Virus record (IMG/VR): IMGVR_UViG_3300029142_000008
Span: 1-42,615 of that record
From: a virus
Taxonomy: Duplodnaviria > Caudoviricetes
Reading direction: 5' to 3' (one strand)
DNA length: 42,615 bases
Shown one piece after another: positions 22,707 through 33,053 of this stretch (its first letter is position 1; every line of letters begins with the position of its first letter). Under the pieces are notes generated by a model. That model was not told the DNA's origin. It made no database searches and saw nothing but the letters and a program-made list of their open reading frames with translations. Position numbers and translations under genes: made by a program.

Positions 22707-24284
22707 TTAAGCGTCTACGGGTGTGTACCCATCCCCTCTGGGGATATATTGCAGGGCGGCTTCATCAATAGAAGCTCTCTGCCCAAGTAATGAACTCTTG
22801 AACTCTATTCCGAACATTCTTGCATTTTGTCCAATGCTGAATTTTCGATTGAACCGGTAAACTGGAGGCTCACCTGTTTCTTCTCCAGTATACCCCTCAC
22901 CTCCAACAATGTCTCCTATTTGTGGATTTAGGCCTCCAACAGTGACCGCTCCTGCCGCAATTTCCGCTGCAGTTGGCTCAGTAATTGTGAATTCCTCGAG
23001 CCTTTCAAAGTCCTCCCCAAGGAGCCACCCTGTGATCACGACACCCTCGCTCCGCACACCACGAACATGTAGATATCTTCCATATTTGTACATTTTGGCT
23101 TGTCCATCGTCTCTGAGGCCAGTCTTCCCGGCCCATCGCATGGGGAACCCGTTATCTGAGTACCCATTCTCATCTCTATACAGTTGTCCGTTGTTCCCAC
23201 TCACACCAAAGAAAGATTTTCCATCTGCTGTGCAGGCAACTTGTGGTGAAGTTGAGAAGTCAAAGCCCCAACCTCCTGAATCTCTGTCATAAGAGAAAAT
23301 GATGTTGTTTTGGCTTGAGCCCCTTTGCTTCAACGCAAGCTTGTAGATTCCGTCATTGTACCAAGAAACCGCTCCAGACTGATCGGAATCAAGATCTGAT
23401 TTGTAGCGCTGAATCACAACCGACATATCCTTAACGCGCTGCTCCTCAAAATAGTTCGCCTCATTCCCAAGACTTCGGATTTCCAGGTTCGGAGCAACAA
23501 ACCAAATGTCATTTTCCACAATGGTCGTGGATCTGTGGTTTATGGCTCCAGTGACCTGCGTAACTGATTCAAGGTTTGGAACTGGATTGGCGGAATCAGT
23601 GTAGAAGTTGGTGATCACATCAATTTGATTCTGCTTGAAAATGTAGAGCCCCCTGTCCTTCAAATTCCTCAAGGATTCTATGCGTCCCCCTTTCCCTACG
23701 AGCTGAGCTCCTGAGCCACCCCCAGTCCAATCTTCAATATTTGCGGGCGTACCCGCTGTGGCCGTTGCAGTGTATTGCACAGTTGCCGGGGCAACATTAT
23801 CTACCCCCCACATTTTATTTGCCCAGGATTCCATAATTCGGCAGCTTGGCGAGCCGGCGATGGTGCTAAAGGCCGTATCATTGATTTTCCCAACCAAGTT
23901 TGACCCATCACAAACAAACAAATCACCATTGTAGCTAACCCCTTCGACCTCCGTATCTGTTGCAGTCCATCCCGTCGGAGTAATGGAAGTTGGTGTTCCA
24001 CCAGAAACATCAAATCTCTCAAATTGAGAATTGTAATATGCCATGACGTATGGAGTCTCTATGCCACCAGGGAATCGTGTGTACTCCATGAGACCCTTGA
24101 TGTTTGACCCACCAGAAAGCTCATCTCCAAACGCAGTGTAGCCTTTTCTTGAGCTCCATCTTCCCCCAACAAAACGGGAATTTTCTGCATAGTACAGAGC
24201 GTCGCTGGGAATCCTGTTGCCTTCACGGTAAGCATTCACCCCTTCGAAAAGATAGAAATTTGTGTCAGTTAGTCCACGCTGCAT
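22707..24284 (-). CDS. tail nozzle / DNA stabilization protein (P22 gp10-like position)
   Basis: 525-aa beta-rich protein immediately after the adaptor gene. Confidence 0.65.
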   Translation of the reverse strand: MQRGLTDTNFYLFEGVNAYREGNRIPSDALYYAENSRFVGGRWSSRKGYTAFGDELSGGSNIKGLMEYTRFPGGIETPYVMAYYNSQFERFDVSGGTPTSITPTGWTATDTEVEGVSYNGDLFVCDGSNLVGKINDTAFSTIAGSPSCRIMESWANKMWGVDNVAPATVQYTATATAGTPANIEDWTGGGSGAQLVGKGGRIESLRNLKDRGLYIFKQNQIDVITNFYTDSANPVPNLESVTQVTGAINHRSTTIVENDIWFVAPNLEIRSLGNEANYFEEQRVKDMSVVIQRYKSDLDSDQSGAVSWYNDGIYKLALKQRGSSQNNIIFSYDRDSGGWGFDFSTSPQVACTADGKSFFGVSGNNGQLYRDENGYSDNGFPMRWAGKTGLRDDGQAKMYKYGRYLHVRGVRSEGVVITGWLLGEDFERLEEFTITEPTAAEIAAGAVTVGGLNPQIGDIVGGEGYTGEETGEPPVYRFNRKFSIGQNARMFGIEFKSSLLGQRASIDEAALQYIPRGDGYTPVDA

Positions 24285-24295
24285 TTATTGTGTGT

Positions 24296-25144
24296 TTAGT
24301 CATAAACAGAACCTCTACGAATAGGGGTTTTGGTTTTGATTCGATTGTTTCCAGTTGCATAAAATTTCTTGATTGTAGTGTTGAACTCATTCTTGTGGTA
24401 ATCCCAGCCAGTTCGCATGTCATCACGCACCCCAATCTTTGCAACAGCACCACTCACAAGAAGCGGCACCCTGTATTTATTTGGGATGAGAGTCGGCTTG
24501 TCAGTTGTGTTGGCCATCAACGTCACCTTTTTGTCATAAATCATTTGTACATACTGTGCAGCAGAGGTTCGAGGGAAGAACATGTAGCCGTCAAAAATGG
24601 TGTAGTGCTGATACTGATAGCTGGAAACATTCAGCCAAACAGAGGGGTCTTTGAATTTGTATTCAACCCCGTCAACACGAACTGAATTGATTTCTTGTTC
24701 GTCAATATCAGTAATGTCAGACAGCGGGTAGCCCACCTGAACCGACTCACCTTCGCTGTGAGCCGTTTGAACCCCGGTCACCCCGCTCAGGGTCGTAGCA
24801 AGGTCATTTGACGTGTATGTGGCGAATTCCCGCCCATTTATGAGCACTTTTCGCTCGGCATTCGGAAGGTTGGATGAGTCCTGAAGCACAATAGACGTGG
24901 CTCCAACGGCAATCCCACCGCTTCCAACATAGGCGTCTGGAATGGTCGCAAACTCGTAATTTGCCTCCCTTAAGTAAGATGCATCTGCCGGCTCATTAAA
25001 AATGTCATAATAGGTGGTATTCACCATGTCCTCAACAAGATCCAGGGATACAGCGGTACTTCCCGTCACAGGCTCTTTATATTCTCTGAGCACAAGGGAG
25101 CAAAGGTCACCGAAAGTCATGTCTGAATTTACATAGTTTGCCAT
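24296..25144 (-). CDS. head-tail adaptor protein with inserted beta domain
   Basis: MTFGDL..LV start, FPR...Y, DKPTLIPNKYRVPLLVSGAV pattern; podovirus synteny. Confidence 0.65.
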   Translation of the reverse strand: MANYVNSDMTFGDLCSLVLREYKEPVTGSTAVSLDLVEDMVNTTYYDIFNEPADASYLREANYEFATIPDAYVGSGGIAVGATSIVLQDSSNLPNAERKVLINGREFATYTSNDLATTLSGVTGVQTAHSEGESVQVGYPLSDITDIDEQEINSVRVDGVEYKFKDPSVWLNVSSYQYQHYTIFDGYMFFPRTSAAQYVQMIYDKKVTLMANTTDKPTLIPNKYRVPLLVSGAVAKIGVRDDMRTGWDYHKNEFNTTIKKFYATGNNRIKTKTPIRRGSVYD

Positions 25145-25145
25145 T

Positions 25146-25400
25146 TTAAGCCGGTTTAGATTTTACTGGAGTGCTAAACACTCTTTTGACTGCGAGGCCT
25201 ATGATTGCCGCAGCAATTGCACCCCATATCCAGGTGTTCACTTGTATGTGAGCTTCAATTGCATCCATTCGATAGCTCATTTCAATTTGAGCGTCACGCA
25301 GGTCACCCATCTCATCGTTTTGATTTGCAATGTGGCACGCGTTTTTTCTGGTCAGGGACCATTCATAATCAATAGCAAGAGACTCACAATCTTGGATCAT
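25146..25400 (-). CDS. small coiled-coil protein with C-terminal transmembrane helix (start placed at MIQDCE)
   Basis: Non-overlapping part of track ORF 25146..25835; WIWGAIAAAIIGLAV. Confidence 0.6.
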   Translation of the reverse strand: MIQDCESLAIDYEWSLTRKNACHIANQNDEMGDLRDAQIEMSYRMDAIEAHIQVNTWIWGAIAAAIIGLAVKRVFSTPVKSKPA

Positions 25401-25401
25401 T

Positions 25402-26757
25402 TTAAGCAGATTTAATTGCCTCGTATGGTCGAACCTCCTGAGAAAGCCCAAAGGTTGTGTCCGTACCGGTTGAGGTGTTGTTGTAAACAAATTTTGAGTT
25501 TCCACTATCCCAGTAAACCTGGTAGAGCCCAGCCACAGAGGCGACATACTCAACATTTTGAAACCTATTGTCCTCGCCTTGAACTGGCGGGATAACAAAA
25601 TCAAAAGCCAAGAAGTTTTGCTTGAGACGATTGGCAGGATCAGATTCGGTTGGATCAATGTAGAGCTTAACTGGGATTTGACTTCCATATGCTCCATCGT
25701 TTGACCCCCCTCCCTCTTCAATACTTGTAACTGAAACGTTTCCAGATCCAGAGTTGTCCACACGCAGGCGGTCATCGGCATTCCCTTGGGAGTCATCAAA
25801 GTACACCCACTCATCCGATCCAGTTTTGGACCCAACGGAAAGCTTTAATGCCTTTTCACTGGCACTTAGTGCGTAAGAGTTTGCATAAGCATTTCCTTCC
25901 CCCACAAAGTTTAGATTGCTTGATGAGTCGACAAAAACCCTGTTGTAACCCTCAAAACCAACATATCGGACCGCAACCCGGAATTGAGCAGAGGAGAGGT
26001 CTGTAGGCGTTCCGTTCCCCGTGATCGTCAATGAAAGGACATCTCCCTTTGAAAATTCCCGGTTTTGATCACATCCGAGATTGTAGGCGGTGTCGGCAGA
26101 AATTTCAGCACCATTTGTGCTCTTTGCAGAGGCAAGAAGATTTAGCGTGTCCGTTTCATTTACCACCTGGAAGGTTAAATTATTACTAGCATCACTCGAC
26201 GTTCCAGTGTCCGAAAGAAGAACAATGTCATCAATGATTCCATCACAAGGCATGACGGCCAAGAGTCTATTTACATTTCCCCCACCTGTTGGATTGAAAC
26301 TCTCAACAACAACAGGGATTGAATCCGCTGGCATCTTTTGAACAGCCATTCGAGAATCGCCTGTGGCTCCAGATGCTGCCTCAAAGTATGAAGGTGCAAC
26401 GCCGGAAAGACACGGTGCGTAGAATTCACCTCCTCTTGCCGGAAGAGGCTTGAAGAATAGAGGTTCACCGTTCGGCGTACCGTTGTCGTCAATCAAAGAG
26501 TATGTGGCAAGCCCATTATTCATTGAGGTTGCGAGCAAAGTCTCTCCACCTCCATATGTCTTTAGAATAGACCCACTACCGCTGTGAGCGAAGCGAGAAG
26601 AAAGATTATCAAGAGAGATGGTGAAATACACTGAGTCGTGCGTTGCCGCAGCCGCATCGTGCTCCACAGCTATTGTGGAGGCCGGAACCGTTGGCTTTAG
26701 GTTTTCGTTCGTGAAGGAGGCTGAACCCCCAGGCTGTGAAATATTTGAGTTTCCCAT
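25402..26757 (-). CDS. virion-associated beta-rich protein
   Basis: 451 aa within the structural operon. Confidence 0.6.
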   Translation of the reverse strand: MGNSNISQPGGSASFTNENLKPTVPASTIAVEHDAAAATHDSVYFTISLDNLSSRFAHSGSGSILKTYGGGETLLATSMNNGLATYSLIDDNGTPNGEPLFFKPLPARGGEFYAPCLSGVAPSYFEAASGATGDSRMAVQKMPADSIPVVVESFNPTGGGNVNRLLAVMPCDGIIDDIVLLSDTGTSSDASNNLTFQVVNETDTLNLLASAKSTNGAEISADTAYNLGCDQNREFSKGDVLSLTITGNGTPTDLSSAQFRVAVRYVGFEGYNRVFVDSSSNLNFVGEGNAYANSYALSASEKALKLSVGSKTGSDEWVYFDDSQGNADDRLRVDNSGSGNVSVTSIEEGGGSNDGAYGSQIPVKLYIDPTESDPANRLKQNFLAFDFVIPPVQGEDNRFQNVEYVASVAGLYQVYWDSGNSKFVYNNTSTGTDTTFGLSQEVRPYEAIKSA

Positions 26758-26759
26758 GA

Positions 26760-27833
26760 TTAAAGGTAGTAATTGAATCTAACTCCATCTCCATTATTCA
26801 AAACATCCAAGAAAACCTTGGAAAGATCGTCAACATGTATGGTGTAGGAACCACCAGGCTGAAGAATCACACCTGTTCCCGTGTTGAGCGTTGCTGAGGC
26901 GTCCACAGAAGAATCACCAAGAGCGATATTCCCTGCGTTCCCGAAGTAGGCCTGAACATCAACATAAGCACATGGCGTTGGATCATCAACAAGAGCCTCT
27001 GGGCTACCTGCCGTGGTAATCACCTTCTTTCCAGAAGTCGGCCCATCGGTTGAGTACTCAGAGCAATCACCTGAAACATATGTCTTGTATGTGATTGCTT
27101 CAGTGTTGTCTGCATCTCCCTTCCGAACGAGGATTTTCCCGTTTTTGTAGTCAACACCATACTCACCATCAGAAAGGCTCTTCAAGAAATTGAATTCCGT
27201 TTGCCCAACCTGATTTTGGTTTAGTGGCGCTCGGTATGGCTTTTCTTCAAGGAAGGTGTCTGCCGTTCCGAACACAATTGAGCTTGTGTATCTGTAAATT
27301 TCAACAATCTTGATCCCATTTGCGGCGAAATCAAAATTTGTAGCACCTCCTTGGAACCAGTTTTGCGTGCCAAGGCCAACACCATTGTAGATGTCAAAAG
27401 TGTAGAGACCTGAGGCAACCGCTACACCACCAATCCACCCATAGAGCTCATTTCCGGCTCCATCAGTGATTTTTGCGACATAACGTGCAGACCCTGTGCT
27501 TTCAAAAAGCTTTTCAAGATCAACATTTGAATCTCGCACAGAGAAGGCGGCAGAGCCATCAGCCTCAGTCACGGCTTCAACGGCAGAGCTGAAGTATTGC
27601 CGATTTCTTGGCAACCCCCAGAAGCTTCCTATTTCACCACCAGACTGGCTCAAAATGGGCCCAAACTGGAGATCAATAACTAACGTAGAACCCTGGGCAT
27701 CTTTAACAAATGCCGGGGCTACTAGGTTCACTGTTTCAGTTTTTGAAACATGTCTTCCTCCACCCTTAACGTTCTGCATGAACTGTGGAGATTGTGGGGA
27801 GAATGCTCCCTCTTCGATGTGGTAATCGTCCAT
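26760..27833 (-). CDS. virion-associated beta-rich protein
   Basis: 357 aa within the structural operon; TAACC leader. Confidence 0.6.
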   Translation of the reverse strand: MDDYHIEEGAFSPQSPQFMQNVKGGGRHVSKTETVNLVAPAFVKDAQGSTLVIDLQFGPILSQSGGEIGSFWGLPRNRQYFSSAVEAVTEADGSAAFSVRDSNVDLEKLFESTGSARYVAKITDGAGNELYGWIGGVAVASGLYTFDIYNGVGLGTQNWFQGGATNFDFAANGIKIVEIYRYTSSIVFGTADTFLEEKPYRAPLNQNQVGQTEFNFLKSLSDGEYGVDYKNGKILVRKGDADNTEAITYKTYVSGDCSEYSTDGPTSGKKVITTAGSPEALVDDPTPCAYVDVQAYFGNAGNIALGDSSVDASATLNTGTGVILQPGGSYTIHVDDLSKVFLDVLNNGDGVRFNYYL

Positions 27834-27889
27834 ATATTCTATGGGTTATAGGCCGTATGCTGGCCAAAATAAAATCACTCACAAACTCA

Positions 27890-28540
27890 TTATTCCGGTT
27901 TATTTTTTGGGAAAAATTTTATCGCAACAACATTCCCACAAATTTCTGTCAATCTTGCTGCATCCAAGGCTCTAAACTGCTCAACAGTTGTGATCCCTGC
28001 GTCATGCAGCTTTGTTAGGGACTTTGGCCCAATACCTTTCACGTCAGATAGAGCGCTAGTTTCGCCATTCATCTCAATTTTTGCTCCCTGTGGTTGCTGC
28101 ATGGCTGCGGCCGGAGCAGGGGCTCCATTTATCCCAAATTGTGCAGCACGATCCTTCTTGAGCTGTGCAGCACGCTCTCTATCTTTAAGGCGCGCGGATT
28201 GAAGCTTAGCTTCCCACTCTGCCTCCATTTCAGGAGAGTCGATTTCAACGCCCTTGGCGGCCAGTTCAGCCATCTCTTGGCGCACTTTAGATTCTTCTGT
28301 TTGCCCAAGCTTAGAAGGTTCGATCCCATCCAAGGCGAGTTGCAATAGAGCTTCCTCTACTGGGCTTTGTACCTCGTAAGATCGGAGCCATGTTGCTTTG
28401 TCCGTTCCATTCAATTTGTCATAACGCTCCATGAATCGCGGCTTGATTTTCCGCAACTCATCAACTGGGTTGATTGTCGAGAAGTCGATTTCACTCACTG
28501 ACATTTCCATCAATGGTCGTTCCATAGTGGCTGTAGACAT
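27890..28540 (-). CDS. protein with C-terminal helix-hairpin-helix DNA-binding motif
   Basis: LSDVKGIGPKSLTKLHDAGITTVEQF. Confidence 0.75.
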   Translation of the reverse strand: MSTATMERPLMEMSVSEIDFSTINPVDELRKIKPRFMERYDKLNGTDKATWLRSYEVQSPVEEALLQLALDGIEPSKLGQTEESKVRQEMAELAAKGVEIDSPEMEAEWEAKLQSARLKDRERAAQLKKDRAAQFGINGAPAPAAAMQQPQGAKIEMNGETSALSDVKGIGPKSLTKLHDAGITTVEQFRALDAARLTEICGNVVAIKFFPKNKPE

Positions 28541-28561
28541 ACATTCTTGGGTTATTAGTAC

Positions 28562-28597
28562 TCACCAGAAGGGGCAAGTGTTGCCCCCTCGTGGTGA
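28562..28597 (-). other. intergenic stem-loop (attenuator/processing or stability element)
   Basis: TCACCA(C)GAGGGGGCAA-CAC-TTGCCCCTTCTGGTGA, with no downstream U tract. Confidence 0.55.
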
Positions 28598-28600
28598 AAA

Positions 28601-30226
28601 CTAAGCCGCTGCGATTGCTGCGCCAGAGTCCAGTACCATGTACCAAACCTCTGCAGAAATCAAAGCTCCGCCAGTTCCAGCGTCCGCACTAGAAACAACG
28701 TCGATTGTTCCTTCTGGGACAATGACTCCCTTAGGCTCCATACCAACCTGAGCACCTGAAGCAACCCCCTGAAGGGCATCTGCAAATGTTCCAGTGATCG
28801 TGTAAAGAGTTCCAATTTCATCATTTTGAACGTTCAAGTTTGCACAAAGGTCTACTGTCGTCCCCAAAGTTGGGTTGGATTGTAGTTTTGTGTTTGAAAC
28901 GGTGTTGTCCACTTGAGCACCAGTCACTTCAAGTTCAACGTGGGTGATCAAAACCCGGCCACCTGAAACGGTGAATAGGCTTGTGGTCGTCCCGTCGAAG
29001 ATGTCTGCCGCCGCACGAGTAACCTTCTTCCCAAGAATTGGGTTGCTGAGGTCACTAGCACCACTTACAACATCATAAAGTGACGTACTTGCTGGCAATG
29101 CCGTTCCGAGGGCAGTCCCCCCAGAAGCAACATACGCTGCAAGTGAACTTGCGTTTGGAGAAGCAGCCAAAGCACCAGAGTCAATCTTTTGACCGTTGCC
29201 AACATTTTGCTTGGCGTAGGCCATCAAAGATTTTGTCCCTGTAGGTGCTCCAGTTGAGGCAGCATCTGCCTTGCTACCAACAACATCACGCATTTGCGCA
29301 TTGTTTACTGAGTCAGTAGCAGGAACGTCGTGGTACCCGTCAATCACAGCAACTGCTGCAGAAACGGCTCCAACGTCATCCCCAGCAAGAGCTGCTGCAG
29401 ATCCACCGGAAGCTTTGTATCCAGCGGCTCCATCTCGGAATTCAGCCCACCATGTAGATCCAGTCGCTGTATCTACAACTGATTTGCTGAGGTCTGTGGT
29501 TCCTGAGTTGTACATGTAACCTTCTACGTTACAGTTTTCAACTGCAGTTGTGTGGAATTCCACAACAGCTGTAGAGGCTTTTCCGTAGAAATCAACATCT
29601 ACACGCGCATTTGAACCACCTACGAGACGAACAGCATTCACACAGGCATTCCCTGCAGTGAATCCAACGTATCGTAGTTTGAGGTCAAGACCGTCTGCAT
29701 CTGCAGTGGTGAGTACACCACGCACAAACTCAACAGTGCTTGACGCATCGCGCATTTCCACATCGACCGTACAGTCGGCTGCAGAAATTACGAGTGGGCT
29801 AACCACAGAATCAACACTTGGAGTGAAGATCACATTTTTGAGGACAGAGTTTGCCGCAGCCATAGTCCATGTTGCAGCAACATCGCTGAACGTGAACACT
29901 GGGCGGTCCGCCCCTTCACCGAGACCAATGATGCTAATTCCTTCAGCATCTTGATCAACTCCGCTAGCAGCAGAGATTGTTTCGGCGTATCCCTCAGAAA
30001 TATAAATGGTGTCACCCAAATTAGTTCGACTTCCGTTGCTTACAGCATTAATTGCTGAGTCAACACTTGCGAACAACAAAGTTTTTCCGTCGATTGGGTC
30101 TGTCTTATAACCGAATGTATCTCGGAGTGTGGCCATGTCACCAGCACTTGTGTTCTTTACGAGCACTTTGCGGCCCGGCGTGCCACGCTGAGCAGTTCCC
30201 AATCCTAGTCCGTTTTGATCGTGCAT
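28601..30226 (-). CDS. capsid-associated protein with probable beta-helix region
   Basis: FASVDSAIN...GDTIYISEGYAET...GISIIGLG pattern typical of beta-helix starts; follows the capsid gene. Confidence 0.6.
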   Translation of the reverse strand: MHDQNGLGLGTAQRGTPGRKVLVKNTSAGDMATLRDTFGYKTDPIDGKTLLFASVDSAINAVSNGSRTNLGDTIYISEGYAETISAASGVDQDAEGISIIGLGEGADRPVFTFSDVAATWTMAAANSVLKNVIFTPSVDSVVSPLVISAADCTVDVEMRDASSTVEFVRGVLTTADADGLDLKLRYVGFTAGNACVNAVRLVGGSNARVDVDFYGKASTAVVEFHTTAVENCNVEGYMYNSGTTDLSKSVVDTATGSTWWAEFRDGAAGYKASGGSAAALAGDDVGAVSAAVAVIDGYHDVPATDSVNNAQMRDVVGSKADAASTGAPTGTKSLMAYAKQNVGNGQKIDSGALAASPNASSLAAYVASGGTALGTALPASTSLYDVVSGASDLSNPILGKKVTRAAADIFDGTTTSLFTVSGGRVLITHVELEVTGAQVDNTVSNTKLQSNPTLGTTVDLCANLNVQNDEIGTLYTITGTFADALQGVASGAQVGMEPKGVIVPEGTIDVVSSADAGTGGALISAEVWYMVLDSGAAIAAA

Positions 30227-30261
30227 AATTGCGTATTTTTAGGAGTAAGAAAGGAAACTCA

Positions 30262-31227
30262 TTAACTCGAGATAACGGAGTTATCACCCTTAGAGGCGTA
30301 CATCCACTGCCAGCCGCGGAAACCAGTTTGCATGTACACAGAACCAGGCTTGTAGAAAGTCCCGTTCTTGTACTCAGTTTCGCTCATGACACGAGGTTTC
30401 CATCCCCATAGACACTTGGCATCACGCTTCATTCGTTTTTTATCAACGAGAGCCCAGTAAGTGTCATATGAAGAAGGTTGCCAGTCTACAACTTGAAGCT
30501 TGATTCCACTCAAAGTGTTGTCATCGTTCAAGTCCGTTCCAGCTAGCTTCTTAGAGTAAAGGATGCGACGAGCGTCGTCTTCAAGTTCAAGTGGAACCAT
30601 AAGAGTAAGCTCACGACATCTCTTCATTTGCACACCCTTAAGATCGTAGAAACGATTCATTCGGTTTCGTGCGTTTTTGAGCGCTGTGTATGAAAGCGCA
30701 ACGTTTCCTTCAGTAGTGAGAGGAATGTTACGTTGTGCAGCAACTCCAGGCTCTGTTGAAGGATGAGCCGCATTGGCTAGAGACACGCCATCCCCACCAG
30801 TTTGGTGAGTAGTCGTGTGTGCGAGGTAGAGAACGCGAGCAGCTTGAGTGTCAATACGTTCGTAAAGAGATTGCTGCACAGCCTCTACATTTTCACGGAA
30901 TTCTTGAGCCTTTTCCTTGTTCCCTTCCATGATCCAGTGAATCAATTCTTCAGAATAAGTACACATCTTTGTCCATTTCTGAACTGTGATTTGCACATCA
31001 TACCCTTGCGTCCGATCTTCTTGGCTGTAAGGAGTCCCTTCTAGGGTCAATTGAGCCACAGATAGACCAGAGACGGCTGAGAACTTAGGATCTGGGATTG
31101 AAGGCGTGTAGTCCTCAAACCCGAGCTTTTTGTACTGAAGCTCAGACGAAAGTTGTTCCTTTTCTTGAGAGAAGATCTCAACGATCTCAGGATCAACGAT
31201 GTCTGGCAGTCTGCTGAGAGTATCCAT
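30262..31227 (-). CDS. major capsid protein (HK97 fold, Mu gpT-like)
   Basis: 321 aa; GGDGVSL...HP, ALSYTALKNA, LMVPLELEDDARRILYS, YW-x-L, GFRGWQ; synteny after scaffold. Confidence 0.82.
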   Translation of the reverse strand: MDTLSRLPDIVDPEIVEIFSQEKEQLSSELQYKKLGFEDYTPSIPDPKFSAVSGLSVAQLTLEGTPYSQEDRTQGYDVQITVQKWTKMCTYSEELIHWIMEGNKEKAQEFRENVEAVQQSLYERIDTQAARVLYLAHTTTHQTGGDGVSLANAAHPSTEPGVAAQRNIPLTTEGNVALSYTALKNARNRMNRFYDLKGVQMKRCRELTLMVPLELEDDARRILYSKKLAGTDLNDDNTLSGIKLQVVDWQPSSYDTYWALVDKKRMKRDAKCLWGWKPRVMSETEYKNGTFYKPGSVYMQTGFRGWQWMYASKGDNSVISS

Positions 31228-31281
31228 TTGAGACTAAGTTTAGTAGTAAGATGATCTTCATTCACTAATTCCTAGTCACGT

Positions 31282-31743
31282 CTAGCTAGCAGCAGCTGTA
31301 GTAGATGCTCGGAATGTTACTTCCGCAAGAACGCGAGTTGTTGAACTTTCTCCACGAGGATCAAGCTCCGCAATACGGAATTGACCAACAGTCGTAGAAA
31401 GAGACGTTTGGTCAAGTTGTTGGGCTCCTGTAGCTCCCGTGAGGGTTGCGTACTTCCCAACATCAGCCTGCGTGATCGCAGCACTCATATCACACTCAAA
31501 CTTGAAGCCTTCGTATGCAGGCACCATTTCAAGAGTGTCTTGTGCAACAGTTTCATTGTCACTTGCAAAGGTCTTGCCTTCATTTGCAAAACCAAGGAGG
31601 CGTTGTGTTGCCCCAGCAACATCAGCGAATCCAGCGTTTGTATACACTGCATCACCAATTGTGAACTGTTCACTGTTTTTTCCGATTTCATTGATGAGTC
31701 CGCTAGTGTTAGCCCTCTCATCACGCACATGGAATCCAAACAT
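31282..31743 (-). CDS. capsid decoration/cement protein (start placed at MFGFHV)
   Basis: Small Gly/Ala/Thr beta protein between scaffold and capsid; GDAV...ITQADVGK. Confidence 0.65.
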   Translation of the reverse strand: MFGFHVRDERANTSGLINEIGKNSEQFTIGDAVYTNAGFADVAGATQRLLGFANEGKTFASDNETVAQDTLEMVPAYEGFKFECDMSAAITQADVGKYATLTGATGAQQLDQTSLSTTVGQFRIAELDPRGESSTTRVLAEVTFRASTTAAAS

Positions 31744-31768
31744 AGTGAGTTGGTTTATTGATATTAAA

Positions 31769-31784
31769 CACTCACTCATTCATT
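31769..31784 (-). repeat. four tandem ARTG 4-mers after the scaffold stop
   Basis: Plus strand cact cact catt catt. Confidence 0.75.
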
Positions 31785-31785
31785 C

Positions 31786-32559
31786 CTATTTTCCGGTGAG
31801 CTTGGCCATTTGATTTCTAAATGCTTTTGCTCCGTCGGATTTACCACTTGGTGCACCTGTTCCAGCTCCAGTTGAGAGTCCGCCTTTCTTGCTAGTGTTA
31901 CCGGCAAGTGCAGCGTCTGCCTTCTCCTTGTTTGGATCAGAACTTCCAGGGAATGCAAGGCTGTGAGCCTTCTTGAGCGCTTCAATTGGGTTTTCCTCCA
32001 CATAAGCGGGATTCAACATATTGAGTTCAGCTTGTAGCTTTTGATAGTCGGGGTCGAAAGTACTATCTTTGATCCCCTTCTCAGCTAGGAACGCTGCTCG
32101 CTCTTTCTTCTCCTGGTTGGCTAGCTTGCTCTCAGTTTTCCTGAGCCGCTTTTCCCTCTCATATGCATCTGGATCATTTTTGCGAAGGCTTTCGAGTTCA
32201 ACATCTTTTTGATATTCCTCGAAGCTCTTGCCGTGCAACTTTTGAGACACTTCATCTGCTAATTCAGGATCTGTGTCCGCCAAGTCATCCAAGATGGATG
32301 GGTTTTTTTCCACGAGTTTCACTTGCGCCTTAACTGTGCGCTCGTGCTTCTCGCTTAGCTGCTTGTGCGCCTGGCTAGTCCCTTCGTACCGTTTTTTCCA
32401 GTCATGCTCTTGCAGATTCGCTTGAGGTTCTGATGGATTCGGTTCAGAAGGCTTGTCCTCTGCACCCCCAGCCGGTTGACCTTCCTCAGGGTTTGCACCA
32501 GGTGCTGCCTCAGGAATTTCTCCGTTGCCTGCTCCTGCAGGGTTCACGTTGTTTTCCAT
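31786..32559 (-). CDS. capsid scaffolding protein
   Basis: Disordered acidic/Pro N-terminus, DWKKRY coiled coil; position between portal and capsid. Confidence 0.75.
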   Translation of the reverse strand: MENNVNPAGAGNGEIPEAAPGANPEEGQPAGGAEDKPSEPNPSEPQANLQEHDWKKRYEGTSQAHKQLSEKHERTVKAQVKLVEKNPSILDDLADTDPELADEVSQKLHGKSFEEYQKDVELESLRKNDPDAYEREKRLRKTESKLANQEKKERAAFLAEKGIKDSTFDPDYQKLQAELNMLNPAYVEENPIEALKKAHSLAFPGSSDPNKEKADAALAGNTSKKGGLSTGAGTGAPSGKSDGAKAFRNQMAKLTGK

Positions 32560-32660
32560 AAAAAATGGTTAGTGTTGTTTAAGTGGTAAAGCCACTTTGA
32601 GAGCCTATGTCCACGCCAAGCATAAGCTCACAGCGAGGCTTTACCCGGATTTTCAAGGAA

Positions 32661-33053
32661 CTACCAACCCAATCCGTTCAATGTCTTTCTTTTCTCTTTC
32701 TCTTCAGCTTTAGTCTGCATTTTTTGGATAAATGTGTTGTGAATCGCTTGATGGATGGCAGTCATCATTTGAACGCCACCCTGCTTCATCGCCTTTCGCC
32801 CCATGTTTTCTTCATGGAACCCTTCTCTAATCCATTTTGAGATTGTGTTGTTCTCTAGCTTCCTGAGGCTCAAATACTTCTGGTCCGTGAGTAGTGCCGC
32901 AATATTTTCCCTGTCCTCGTCAGCCAAAGCGATGATCTCCAGTCGAAACGCCTTGTAAGCTCCCAATAATTTATACGCTAGGCGGCGCTCCTTCTCCTCC
33001 CATTCCTTCTGGGCTTGTCGCTCCCTCAGCCATGATTTGATTCTTTTTAGCAT
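32661..33053 (-). CDS. hypothetical protein following the portal
   Basis: 130-aa ORF overlapping the portal end. Confidence 0.6.
   Translation of the reverse strand: MLKRIKSWLRERQAQKEWEEKERRLAYKLLGAYKAFRLEIIALADEDRENIAALLTDQKYLSLRKLENNTISKWIREGFHEENMGRKAMKQGGVQMMTAIHQAIHNTFIQKMQTKAEEKEKRKTLNGLGW

Noticed and set aside
30226-30262. Programmed frameshift or readthrough extending the capsid protein
   Set aside because: No obvious slippery heptamer before the TAA stop, and the next gene has its own start
32591-32640. Hairpin upstream of the scaffold gene as a named regulatory RNA
   Set aside because: Only an imperfect stem (TGAGAGC...GCTCACA); too weak to call
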